From Burkholderiales bacterium (GTDB taxonomy: Bacteria; Pseudomonadota; Gammaproteobacteria; Burkholderiales; Ga0077523), in the NCBI GenBank assembly GCA_026125595.1, contig JAHCKV010000001.1, forward strand, positions 1 through 40,297: a stretch of 40,297 nucleotides of DNA, written 5' to 3'. Made by a program: the position numbers and the translations under genes. The notes under the pieces are model-generated. The model was not told the DNA's origin and did no database searches. It saw nothing but the letters and a program-made list of their open reading frames with translations. Shown piece by piece: positions 22,611 to 30,903 of the stretch. Every line of letters starts with the position of its first letter. The stretch's first letter is position 1.

Positions 22611-23365
22611 TCAGTGCTCCGCGCCGAGGTTGTCGAAATAGGCGGCGCGCACACGGGCGTCGGCGAGAATGTCCCGCATCTGGCCCTGCGCGATGACCTC
22701 GCCGACATCCATGACCAGCACGCGATCGGCGATGGTGTCGAGCAGCTCGATCCGGTGCTCGACGATGACGATGGCAACGTTGAGTTCCTTCGCCAGCAAC
22801 CGCACCAGATGATCGATCTCGTCGACCTCGGAGTTGATCAAGCCGGCGGCGGGCTCGTCCATCAGCAGCAGCGGCGGTCGACGCATCAAGCAGGCAGGCC
22901 AGCAAAGCTGCGACGATTGAGTGTCTCGAGGCTGCCGGCGATCTGATCTTCGTTGACCTTCAGCCCGACCAGTTCACACGCCCAGTCGGCATGGTGCCGG
23001 GTGCGATAGGGCGCGTAGGCCTGCCGGGCCGCCTTCAGCACTTCGGCAACGGTCAATTCCTCGGGCACCACCGGCGTTTGATAGGTGCGTCCCAGCCCCA
23101 TGCGCGCACGCTCGTACAAGCGCATCCCGGTGACATCCTGATCCTTGAACCGGACCACGCCGCTCTTGGGCGGCATGCGCCCCGACAGCACTTCGAACAG
23201 GCTGGTCTTGCCGGCGCCGTTCGGTCCGATGATGCCCAGCACCTCGCCGCGCCGGACCGACAGCGACACGCCCTTCAGGATCTCCCGCCCGCCCAGGTCG
23301 AGCCGGATATCGCGACACTCGAACAGGGGCGAAGCGGGATCGGCAGTGGACACCGTCGCGTTCAC
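22611..23365 (-). pseudogene. UrtD/LivG-type ABC ATP-binding gene, reading frame broken just before Walker B
   Basis: The N-terminal ORF 22886..23365 has Walker A GPNGAGKTS and the Q-loop. The C-terminal ORF 22611..22889 begins (L)MRRPPLLLMDEPAAGL (Walker B). The expected connecting helix LLACLL is readable only in the third frame (ORF starting at 22905). The frame changes map to about 22906 and about 22887-22890. Confidence 0.75.
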
Positions 23366-23387
23366 GACCGATCGTCGTCCGTCGCGT

Positions 23388-24668
23388 TCAGGCCATCCAG
23401 GCCGCGGGCTTGAAGCCGGTTTCCTTCAGGCCGTACGGGTAGATGATCTTGTGCTCACCGCCCTGCACCTGGAAGTACAGCTGCCCCATGCCCTTGTCGA
23501 TGTCCGGCGTGCCCACCGGAAAGTGCACGCCTTCCTGCCGCGCGTTGTTGAGGTACGACCAGCCGCATACGCCGCGATAGGGCGTCTTGCGGATGTAGTC
23601 GTTGACGGCCTTGAAGTTGTCCGGATCGCCGGTCTTGGTCCACGCCTGCGCGAGGAAGTTGACGATGTCGTAGCCGCCACCGGTGTAGCACAGTCCCATC
23701 ACCTTGCCGGGGAAACGCTTCTTGTACTTGGCACGGAACGCAGACCCCTTCTCGTCGGCGTAAACGCCGAGCACCGTGCTCCACACGAATCCTTCGGCGG
23801 CCTTGCCCGACAACGTCAGGAACTCCGGCTGCGACGGACCGTACTGCAGATACACCAGCGCGCCCTTCAACGGATTGGCCTGGAACTGCTTCACGAACGC
23901 GGCGTACTCCGCGGCGACCCAGTGGTCGACCATCACCGCGCCGGCGCCGGTGCGCTTGATGTCCTGGATCACCTGTCCCCAGTCCTGCACCGGGTACTGG
24001 ATGTCGGTGACTTTCGCCAGCTCGAACTTGCTCGACTTCAACGCTTCCTGACAGGCCTTCGAGATCGTCTGGTTGTAGGCGATCTGCTCCTGGATGATGT
24101 GTACCTTGTTGTTGATCGGCTTCCAGCCGCCTTTCTCGGACAGATCTTCGAGGAACTTCGGAAATGTGTAGCCGTAGTAGACCTCGGACGGATCCATCTG
24201 GAACATGTGGCTGTACTTGTCCGGGTTCGCCGCGACCAGATCCGTGCAGGCGCGCTGCGTGTTCCCGTGCAGGTAGGGGCACTTGTAGTTGACCGATGCT
24301 TCCATCGCCGGCACCGGCACGAACAGGAACGGCGACGAGATCGCGTGCACCTTCAGATCGACCAGCTTGCGGATCACGGCCTGGCAACTTTCCGGCGACA
24401 ACACGTCGACGTCGACGGGCTTCAATTCCAGCGGGCGCCCCAGAATGCCGCCGGCCGCGTTGATCTCCTCGGCTGCGAGGATCGAACCGTTCAGGTGATC
24501 CGCGTGGTCCGCGACACCGGCCGCCGCGGTCTTGGAGATCGTCAGGCCGAGAACGATGGGTTTGCCCTTGGGGGTCTGCGCCCGGGCGGACCCGAGCGGC
24601 AGCATGGAGGCACCGGCCACCGCGGCCATGCCCTTGATTGCGTCACGACGATCGAAGCTGCTGGACAT
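23388..24668 (-). CDS. Periplasmic substrate-binding protein, UrtA/FmdD/AmiC-like (urea/short-chain amide type), Tat signal
   Basis: ATG at 24668 after AGGAGA. The N-terminus MSSSFDRRDAIKGMAAVAGASMLPLGSARA is a twin-arginine signal. GSILAAEEINAAGGILGRPLELKPVDV resembles the UrtA/Leu-binding-protein fold. The longer ORF-track N-terminus is Cys/Arg-rich and is rejected. Confidence 0.85.
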   Translation of the reverse strand: MSSSFDRRDAIKGMAAVAGASMLPLGSARAQTPKGKPIVLGLTISKTAAAGVADHADHLNGSILAAEEINAAGGILGRPLELKPVDVDVLSPESCQAVIRKLVDLKVHAISSPFLFVPVPAMEASVNYKCPYLHGNTQRACTDLVAANPDKYSHMFQMDPSEVYYGYTFPKFLEDLSEKGGWKPINNKVHIIQEQIAYNQTISKACQEALKSSKFELAKVTDIQYPVQDWGQVIQDIKRTGAGAVMVDHWVAAEYAAFVKQFQANPLKGALVYLQYGPSQPEFLTLSGKAAEGFVWSTVLGVYADEKGSAFRAKYKKRFPGKVMGLCYTGGGYDIVNFLAQAWTKTGDPDNFKAVNDYIRKTPYRGVCGWSYLNNARQEGVHFPVGTPDIDKGMGQLYFQVQGGEHKIIYPYGLKETGFKPAAWMA

Positions 24669-24983
24669 GGTCGTTCTCCTGAACGGGTTTCCGCGAAGCG
24701 ATCGACGGCGCGATGCGCTGCATCGGGCCATCCCCTCACCATCGGCATCGCACGAAACGCGCGCGCCGCATCGACCCGGGAACGATAGACAACGGCGCAT
24801 CGATTGGGACCCGTACAGATGGACGGGTCCGATGTCGGAATCGACGCAGCAGCACGCGCGACGGGGCGTCACCGTCGATGACGACACGACGCTGAACAGC
24901 GATGCCATGGGAAAAGTCGCCGCACGCTGCGGCGATGACGGGAAGGGATGCCGGCTCGAAACGGCGCGCGCGGCCGCCGTGAA

Positions 24984-26012
24984 TCAGCCGAAGTGCTCGC
25001 GCTCCAGCCGGCGGTAGCGGCGCAGCAGTTCGTCGTAGTCGACGAACCCGTTGTCGTCGCGCAGCAGAGAGGCCAGTTCACCTTTGTCGTTCACGTGCAA
25101 CTTCTCGTACACGGAGCGCAGATAGAAGCGCACGGTCGCCGGCGACAGCGCGAACGTGCGGGCAATCTCCTTGTAGCTCGCGCCGCCGCTGAACTCGTGG
25201 GCGATGGTCGCCTCCCGCGCGGTCAGCACGTCGGTGCGCTGACGCGTCCGCACCGCTACCAGCAGGAAATCGCCGAGCGGATAGCGGCGCACGACGATGC
25301 GGGGCAGCTTCAGGTCGTTCTCGTTGCGGCGCAGCCACGCCTGCAGTGGCACCGGCAACACGGCACCCTGGTGATCCGGCCATTCGGCCTGCAGCGCTTC
25401 CTTGAAACCGCTCTCGGCATTCAGCACCTCGAACTGCCGATCGACCAGTGCGATTGCGATCTCGTTGCCGGTGACATTGGCCTTCAGGTATTCCAGCTGG
25501 AATGTACGATTCGCACTCCAGCCGGCGAACAGATGGGGCGACAGATACTGCGCGAGCAGCCGTTCCTCTTCGGTGTAGCGCCGCATGCCTTCCGAGCGAT
25601 ACAGCGACAGAAACACGAAGTGCCGTTCGGACGGCAGGTACACCGACGTGCAAAAGGCCTGACCGACACCGTGCTCGCCCATCAGCGTGTCGAGTCCGGG
25701 CGCCTCGCGGAAATGACTGCGGTCGTAGTTGACCGTGTACTTCGGTCGATCGCGGACTGCCTTGCCGAGAATGTCGTCGCCCTTCGTCTCTTCCCACAGC
25801 GGCACGAAGCCGGTGTGTAGATTGAAGCGATATGTGCTGTGCAGCAGGAAGCTTTCACCGCGCGGCTGCAGGATGCCCCACCACGCCTTGTCGAAACCGA
25901 TGAGGGACTGGACCCGACTCAGCGCTGCAAGCTGGTACTGGTCCAGAGAATTGCTGTGCGCGAGCTCATGCAGATCGAGCACGGCATCGCTGAACTCCGT
26001 CAAATCGAACAT
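24984..26012 (-). CDS. LuxR-family transcriptional regulator (DmfR-like position)
   Basis: ATG at 26012 after GGAGGG. The C-terminal HTH is LTAREATIAHEFSGGASYKEIARTFALSPATVRFYLRSVYEKLHV. The large N-terminal ligand/autoinducer-unrelated domain has a length comparable to LuxR-type activators of dmf genes. Confidence 0.8.
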   Translation of the reverse strand: MFDLTEFSDAVLDLHELAHSNSLDQYQLAALSRVQSLIGFDKAWWGILQPRGESFLLHSTYRFNLHTGFVPLWEETKGDDILGKAVRDRPKYTVNYDRSHFREAPGLDTLMGEHGVGQAFCTSVYLPSERHFVFLSLYRSEGMRRYTEEERLLAQYLSPHLFAGWSANRTFQLEYLKANVTGNEIAIALVDRQFEVLNAESGFKEALQAEWPDHQGAVLPVPLQAWLRRNENDLKLPRIVVRRYPLGDFLLVAVRTRQRTDVLTAREATIAHEFSGGASYKEIARTFALSPATVRFYLRSVYEKLHVNDKGELASLLRDDNGFVDYDELLRRYRRLEREHFG

Positions 26013-26202
26013 CGTCCCTCCGAAGGCCGGCCGGTTCGAGACTCGCCACGATCGGATTGTGCGTGACTGAACCGGGTATCGCACCGCTGATCGCGCGACG
26101 GCAACGGTTCGGCCGGCGACTCAGTGCCGCACCTTTCGTGCCATTGCTTCCGACGGCGCTAGTAGGCTGATTGCAGAGTGGATTGACGCTCGGGATCCGC
26201 GC

Positions 26203-26216
26203 GATGGCGCGCCATC
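26203..26216. promoter_or_regulatory. Perfect 14-bp palindrome GATGGCGCGCCATC (candidate operator) upstream of the LuxR gene
   Basis: Self-complementary over 14/14 bp and flanked by two GGATCC sites. A related dyad, GATGGC-N8-GCCATC, lies at 26245..26264. Confidence 0.3.
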
Positions 26217-26281
26217 ATGGATCCGAAGCCCCGGCCGCATGCTCGATGGCAGTGCAGCGCCATCGCGCGTCGCGATGGGGC

Positions 26282-26953
26282 TCAGCTTTCGTCGTGCTCG
26301 CCGTAGACGATGATCGACAGGAAACGGATCGGCACGTCGATCAGCTTTTCCGGACCGTGGGGCACGTTTCCGGAGAACGTCAGCGCATCGCCCGGTTGCA
26401 GCAGATACGTCGACTGCCCATGCCGGTACTCGATCTCGCCTTGCAGCATGTAGATGAACTCGGTGCCGGGGTGCTCGAAACTCTGGAAGATTTCGCTGCT
26501 GTCATCCATCGAGATCAGGAACGGCTCGAAGGTCTTGCGCGGACCCTTGTCGTAGGCCAGCAACTGATAGGTGTGACCGCGTTTGGTGCCGCGCCGGACG
26601 ACGGCCATGCCGGCATCGCGCTTGATCAGCTGTGCACCGCTTTCCTTGCGGTCGTAGTCGCGGAACAGATGCGCCAGCGAAACACCGAGGACGGTCGCCA
26701 GCTTGGCCAGCGTGTCGAGGCTCGCGGACGCCTGACCATTCTCGATCTTAGACAGCATGCCGCGGCTGATCGACACTTCACCGGCAACATCGGCGATGGT
26801 CAGCTTCTGCTGAAGCCGCAGTTGCCGCGCCACCAGACCGATGTGCCGTTCGAGACGACGCTCGCCGCGGACCGGTGCGATTTCGGGACTTTCGTCCGCC
26901 TCGTCGCCGGCGCTGGCGGCCGCCGGATCCTGCTGCGAGAGGGGAGAGCTCAT
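26282..26953 (-). CDS. XRE-family HTH + cupin transcriptional regulator (paralog 1)
   Basis: 223 aa. The HTH is KLTIADVAGEVSISRGMLSKIENGQASASLDTLAKLATVLGVSL. The C-terminal cupin is FEHPGTEFIYMLQGEIEYRHGQSTYLLQPGDALTFSGNVPHGP. Confidence 0.85.
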   Translation of the reverse strand: MSSPLSQQDPAAASAGDEADESPEIAPVRGERRLERHIGLVARQLRLQQKLTIADVAGEVSISRGMLSKIENGQASASLDTLAKLATVLGVSLAHLFRDYDRKESGAQLIKRDAGMAVVRRGTKRGHTYQLLAYDKGPRKTFEPFLISMDDSSEIFQSFEHPGTEFIYMLQGEIEYRHGQSTYLLQPGDALTFSGNVPHGPEKLIDVPIRFLSIIVYGEHDES

Positions 26954-27067
26954 GGCGGACGCCCGTTCATGCGCGTGGAAGGCCGCGAATTATAGCGGCC
27001 GACTGCGCCGGGATCGCCGACGGCACCGCGGGGGTGTAACGCTTCCTCCTCCGCAGCCATTCATTCG

Positions 27068-27418
27068 TCATGCCCCGCCGTCCGTGGATGGCGCCGAGAA
27101 CGCGGGCATCGTGCCCGCACCCTTGCGGAACATGAACACGAACGTCGCGTCGTCGTCGACGCGCTCGGCATCGCCGCCATCGGTGTGCAGATTGTTGCGG
27201 AAATAGCGCAGCACCGTCTGCGTCGCCTTGCTCGTCAGGGCCGGCTTGTAGATCCACGGGTCCGCATCGGGACGCACGCGGTGTTCGTCGAACAGCGCCC
27301 GCTCGGGCTGCGCGGCGACCCCCACGTACCAGTCGGAAAAGTCACCGCCGAGCCCTTTGATGTAGGCGAGGAACTCGTACTTGATCTGCTGAACGCTGAA
27401 CACCTCTGCCATCGTCAT
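27068..27418 (-). CDS. Hypothetical protein
   Basis: The ORF has a GGAG upstream of ATG 27418/27412. The sequence MTMAEVFSVQQIKYEFLAYIKGLGGDFSDWYVGVAAQPERALFDEH... is non-repetitive and not Arg/Pro-biased. I recognise no family. Confidence 0.45.
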   Translation of the reverse strand: MTMAEVFSVQQIKYEFLAYIKGLGGDFSDWYVGVAAQPERALFDEHRVRPDADPWIYKPALTSKATQTVLRYFRNNLHTDGGDAERVDDDATFVFMFRKGAGTMPAFSAPSTDGGA

Positions 27419-27660
27419 CCGACTCCATAGGAAGAGGACTTTCGCACGTGTCGACGTGTCGAGGTCCGGAATGCGCCACATGGTTCAACAAAGATTCAAC
27501 TTGAGCAACTCGGGCCAGGGCGGCGCCCACGGATCCGAAAGTTGAACCCTGTGAACTAAAAGTGCACGAACGCAGCAGCCGCACTGAAAACGTGCGCGCC
27601 GATCAGCGTCATCGTAGCTATTCATTCGATTAAACATGAGGTTATATCGATACAACGGGA

Positions 27661-27676
27661 TGGTACGCATGTTGCA
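27661..27676 (+). promoter_or_regulatory. Sigma54-like -24/-12 element upstream of module B
   Basis: TGGTACGCATGTTGCA vs TGGCAC-N5-TTGCA, with exact spacing, GG and GC present, and one C->T change in the -24 box. It lies 224 nt upstream of the ATG at 27900. Confidence 0.35.
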
Positions 27677-27838
27677 CTAAGTGAAACACACGTGCTCATC
27701 AGGAAACTTTCGGGGCAGCCCGAACACCGGTTCACGGTGCGCGCCACGGTCGCCGCGAGTGCCGAAACAGCCGTGTTGGGAGGGTGCCCGCCCGCCGGAT
27801 CACCGGTCGCGCCGGACATCGTCACAGTCGCTGTACTC

Positions 27839-27880
27839 CACCGCTTCGGTCCGCACGCGTCGGCGCGGTGTTTCCGTTTC
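27839..27880 (+). terminator. Terminator-like hairpin in the module B leader
   Basis: CACCGC...(GC-rich inner stem)...GCGGTG followed by TTTCCGTTTC, ending 20 nt before the ATG at 27900. Confidence 0.3.
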
Positions 27881-27899
27881 ATCCATCGAGGAGATCACG

Positions 27900-28340
27900 A
27901 TGATATCCATCCCGCGAAAAGGGACTCCGGAGTACGACCGCCTCGTGCGCGAGCACGAGGCCTGCATGAAATCGATGAAAGGCGTCGCAGGCTGTTCCGT
28001 ACTGATGTGCAAGACGCCCGGTGACACGACGGAGATCTCCGGCGGCATTCACGAAGATCTTCTGCTCAACCGCGTGCTGTTGCGCATGCGCACGCTGCCG
28101 GCCAAGAACAAGCTGGTCGTGATCTGCACCAAGCTGGAAAAAGAATGGCGCATCGGCCGGCTGTCCGGCATTCGCGGCGTCCCGCCGGTGTTCGTGGACG
28201 ACCGCACATTCGACGACGAGCAGATGGTGCAACACGCCATCTTCCTGATGCGTCTGGACGAAATGGCCGAAACCGACGGCATGCCCGAGCACTTCCACGA
28301 AGGCTGGAAGCGGCGCAACGACAACTGGACGGCAACCTGA
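27900..28340 (+). CDS. DMFase small (alpha) subunit-like protein, paralog 2
   Basis: ATG at 27900 after GAGGAGA. The 146 aa are homologous to the C-terminal segment of ORF 19401..20984 (see there). It lies 52 nt upstream of a DMFase large-subunit homolog. Confidence 0.6.
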   Translation: MISIPRKGTPEYDRLVREHEACMKSMKGVAGCSVLMCKTPGDTTEISGGIHEDLLLNRVLLRMRTLPAKNKLVVICTKLEKEWRIGRLSGIRGVPPVFVDDRTFDDEQMVQHAIFLMRLDEMAETDGMPEHFHEGWKRRNDNWTAT

Positions 28341-28392
28341 TTCGCCATCCCCGCGCCCGAATCCAACCCCATCAGCACAGGAGATCCAATCA

Positions 28393-30804
28393 ATGATGCG
28401 GCTCACTGGGTACGCCGACAAATTCGGCGTGCACCCCGGCGACACGATTCGCTTCTACGTCAACTGCGACGGACCCAAGGCCTACAAGGCCGAGGTCGTC
28501 CAGATGATCAACGGCGACACCAATCCGCGCGGCCCCGGCTTCATCGAGAAGGCGGTCAGCGCATCGATCAACGGCGAATACACCGGCCGCAAGCAGGTGA
28601 TCCACAGCGGTTCGTACGGCTACGTGACGGACAAGCCGGCGCTGCGCGTGCAGAGCTTCACGCTGCAATGCTGGATCTGGCCGACGACGCCGAAGACGCA
28701 CCCGAAGTACTGGAAGCACGGTCCGCAGGGACTGTTGACCAAGTGGTCGCCCGCGGATGGCGGTTACGGCCTGTTCATCAACGAAGCCGGCTGCCCGGAA
28801 CTGCGCGTCAACGGCAAGACGCTCACCACCGGTGCGCCGCTGCGCGACCACGCGTGGCATTTCCTCGCGGCCACCTACGACGCGAAGACCGGTGAAGCCA
28901 TCCTGTATCAGGAACCGCAACTCACCTATGCGCTCGATCCGGAGATTCCGCCGGCGAAGGCCGTGCTGTCCGAGAAGATCTCGCAATCGGCCATACCGTT
29001 CGTGATCGCCGGCTACGTCGGCAAGGCCGATGGCGGGCCCCTCGCGGCTTCGTCGCTGCCGAAGGGCGTCGAGATCGCCGGCAAGTACAACGGCAAGATC
29101 GACAGCCCGCGCGTCTGCAATCGTGCGCTGTCGCGGCTCGAGATCGAAACGATGAAGCTCGGTGGCCAGACCGGCATGGACGAACGACGCGGCAGCGGCC
29201 CCACGCCGAAGCTGTCGGAATGCCTCGTCGCCGCGTGGGATTTCGGTGTCGGCATCAACACGCTGACCTGCACGGACAAGGGACCTTATCTGTTCCACGC
29301 GAGTCTCGTGAACTGCCCCACCCGCGCGATGACCGGTTACAACTGGTCCGGTCACAACTTCGACTGGAAGCACGCGCCGGCCGAATACGGCGCGATCCAC
29401 TTCCACGACGACGATGTGGATGATGCACGCTGGGATGCCGATGTCGTGTGGGAAGTCCCGAAGGATCTGAAGAGCGCGTGCTATGCGTTGAAGCTGACGA
29501 CGCCCGACGACGATGAGGATTACATCCCGTTCTTCGTCGTACCGCAGGTGGGCCAGGAAACCGCGAAGATCGCGGTGATGATCCCGACCATCAGCTACAT
29601 GGCCTACGCCAACGAGCACCTGGCCAACAACGCCGGCGGCGCGGAGCTGCTGGTGTACCGGGTGCCGATCATGCAGCACCAGAACATGTTCCTGTCGGAA
29701 CACCGCGAGTACGGCGGCTCGATCTACGACACCCACACCGACGGCAGCGGCTTGTGCCTGTCGTCGCGGTTGCGTCCGATCCTCAGCATTCGCCCGAAGT
29801 ACGACCACTTCCTGTCGCAATCGCCGTGGCAGTATCCGGCCGACCTGCACCTGATCTACTGGCTCGAAGTGAACGGCTACAAGTACGACGTGATCACCGA
29901 CGAGGACGTCAACTACGACGGCCTGGCGCGGCTGCAGAACTACAACGTCGTCATCACCGGCTCCCATCCGGAGCACAACTCCGGCCCGCAACTCGACGCT
30001 CTGCACAACTACACGCAGCAAGGCGGTCGCCTGATGTACATGGGCGCGGACGGTTGGTACTGGGTGCACTCGTACCACCCGGGCTACGACCACCTCGGTC
30101 GCGGCATCGTCACCGAAATGCGTCGTTGCGAATCCGGCATCCGGACCTGGCGCGCCGATCCGGGCGAGTACTACCACCAGTCCACCGGTGAGCTGGGCGG
30201 CATGTGGCGGTATCGCGGCCGCTATCTGCACACCGTTGCCGGTACCGGCATGTCGTCGGAAGGCTTCGACATCTCGACCTACTACTCCCGTACACCGGAG
30301 AGCAACGACCCCCGGGTGTCGTGGGCGTTCGAAGGCATCGAGCAGGATGCGAAGCTCGGCAACTTCGGTCTCGTCGGTGGCGGCGCGGCCGGCACCGAGC
30401 TCGACATCGTCGACACCATGCTGGGTTCTCCGCCGCACACGCTGGTCGTCGCGACGTCGGCCGGACGGCACACCGAAGGCTATCTGCTGGTCATGGAAGA
30501 CTATGGCTTCAACCAGCAGGGTCTCGACGGTACGCAGCATCCTCGCGTCCGTTCCGACATCGCGTATCACGAGACTCCCAACGGCGGCGCCTGCTTCGCG
30601 TTCAGTTCCATCGCGTTCTGCGGTTCGCTGCCGTGGAACAACGGCGATCCGGCGAAGAACAACATCTCCCGTCTCGTGAAGAACGTGCTGGACCGGTTCA
30701 TGGCGGATGGACCGCTGCCGCCGCCGCCGAAGGACAGCTTCATCCATCGGGGACGCGCGGACTACGATCCGCCCGGCAACAAGGTGTCGAACGTTCGCGG
30801 CTAG
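28393..30804 (+). CDS. DMFase large (beta) subunit-like protein, divergent paralog 2
   Basis: 803 aa. It shares the N-terminal pattern (GYADKFGVHPGDTIRF...VVQMINGDTNPRGPGF) and the blocks SYMAYANEH, SIYDTHTDGSG, TGSHPEH, GGAAGTELD, LGSPPHT and DGPLP with the copy at 17048..19366. Residues ~90-330 are strongly diverged, and there is an extra C-terminal tail (PPPPKDSFIHRGRADYDPPGNKVSNVRG). Confidence 0.8.
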   Translation: MMRLTGYADKFGVHPGDTIRFYVNCDGPKAYKAEVVQMINGDTNPRGPGFIEKAVSASINGEYTGRKQVIHSGSYGYVTDKPALRVQSFTLQCWIWPTTPKTHPKYWKHGPQGLLTKWSPADGGYGLFINEAGCPELRVNGKTLTTGAPLRDHAWHFLAATYDAKTGEAILYQEPQLTYALDPEIPPAKAVLSEKISQSAIPFVIAGYVGKADGGPLAASSLPKGVEIAGKYNGKIDSPRVCNRALSRLEIETMKLGGQTGMDERRGSGPTPKLSECLVAAWDFGVGINTLTCTDKGPYLFHASLVNCPTRAMTGYNWSGHNFDWKHAPAEYGAIHFHDDDVDDARWDADVVWEVPKDLKSACYALKLTTPDDDEDYIPFFVVPQVGQETAKIAVMIPTISYMAYANEHLANNAGGAELLVYRVPIMQHQNMFLSEHREYGGSIYDTHTDGSGLCLSSRLRPILSIRPKYDHFLSQSPWQYPADLHLIYWLEVNGYKYDVITDEDVNYDGLARLQNYNVVITGSHPEHNSGPQLDALHNYTQQGGRLMYMGADGWYWVHSYHPGYDHLGRGIVTEMRRCESGIRTWRADPGEYYHQSTGELGGMWRYRGRYLHTVAGTGMSSEGFDISTYYSRTPESNDPRVSWAFEGIEQDAKLGNFGLVGGGAAGTELDIVDTMLGSPPHTLVVATSAGRHTEGYLLVMEDYGFNQQGLDGTQHPRVRSDIAYHETPNGGACFAFSSIAFCGSLPWNNGDPAKNNISRLVKNVLDRFMADGPLPPPPKDSFIHRGRADYDPPGNKVSNVRG

Positions 30805-30903
30805 CGGTCGTTCGATGTCGGCGACGACGGTCCGGAACATCGGACCGTCATCCTGCTGCGGGAAGGCACCGTTTGCCTTCCCGCGGTTTCGCTGGAGACC
30901 TGC

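Noticed and set aside
24806-24830. Inverted repeat GGGACCCGT-acagatgg-ACGGGTCC between the LuxR gene stop and the SBP gene start
   Set aside because: It could be an operator or a weak terminator for the LuxR gene. There is no T-tract on the relevant strand and no second copy in the window, so it is too little to call.
24669-24908. N-terminal extensions offered by the ORF track for the SBP (24669-24908), the membrane protein (5922-6098), tdm (39849-40070), dmmA (36321-36557), the GDPD gene (2460-2606), ubiK (13431-13574), the porin (13511-13717), the LuxR gene (26013-26084) and the small subunit (27681-27899).
   Set aside because: The extensions are Arg/Cys/Pro-rich or run through AT-rich promoter DNA, and they overlap upstream genes. 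They precede internal ATGs that have good Shine-Dalgarno sequences and native-looking N-termini such as signal peptides.
24891-24908. Sigma54-like TGGCAT on the reverse strand upstream of the SBP gene
   Set aside because: The reverse strand reads TGGCATCGCTGTTCA. The -12 element is TTCA rather than TTGC (the GC dinucleotide is missing), so it is not a credible -24/-12 promoter.
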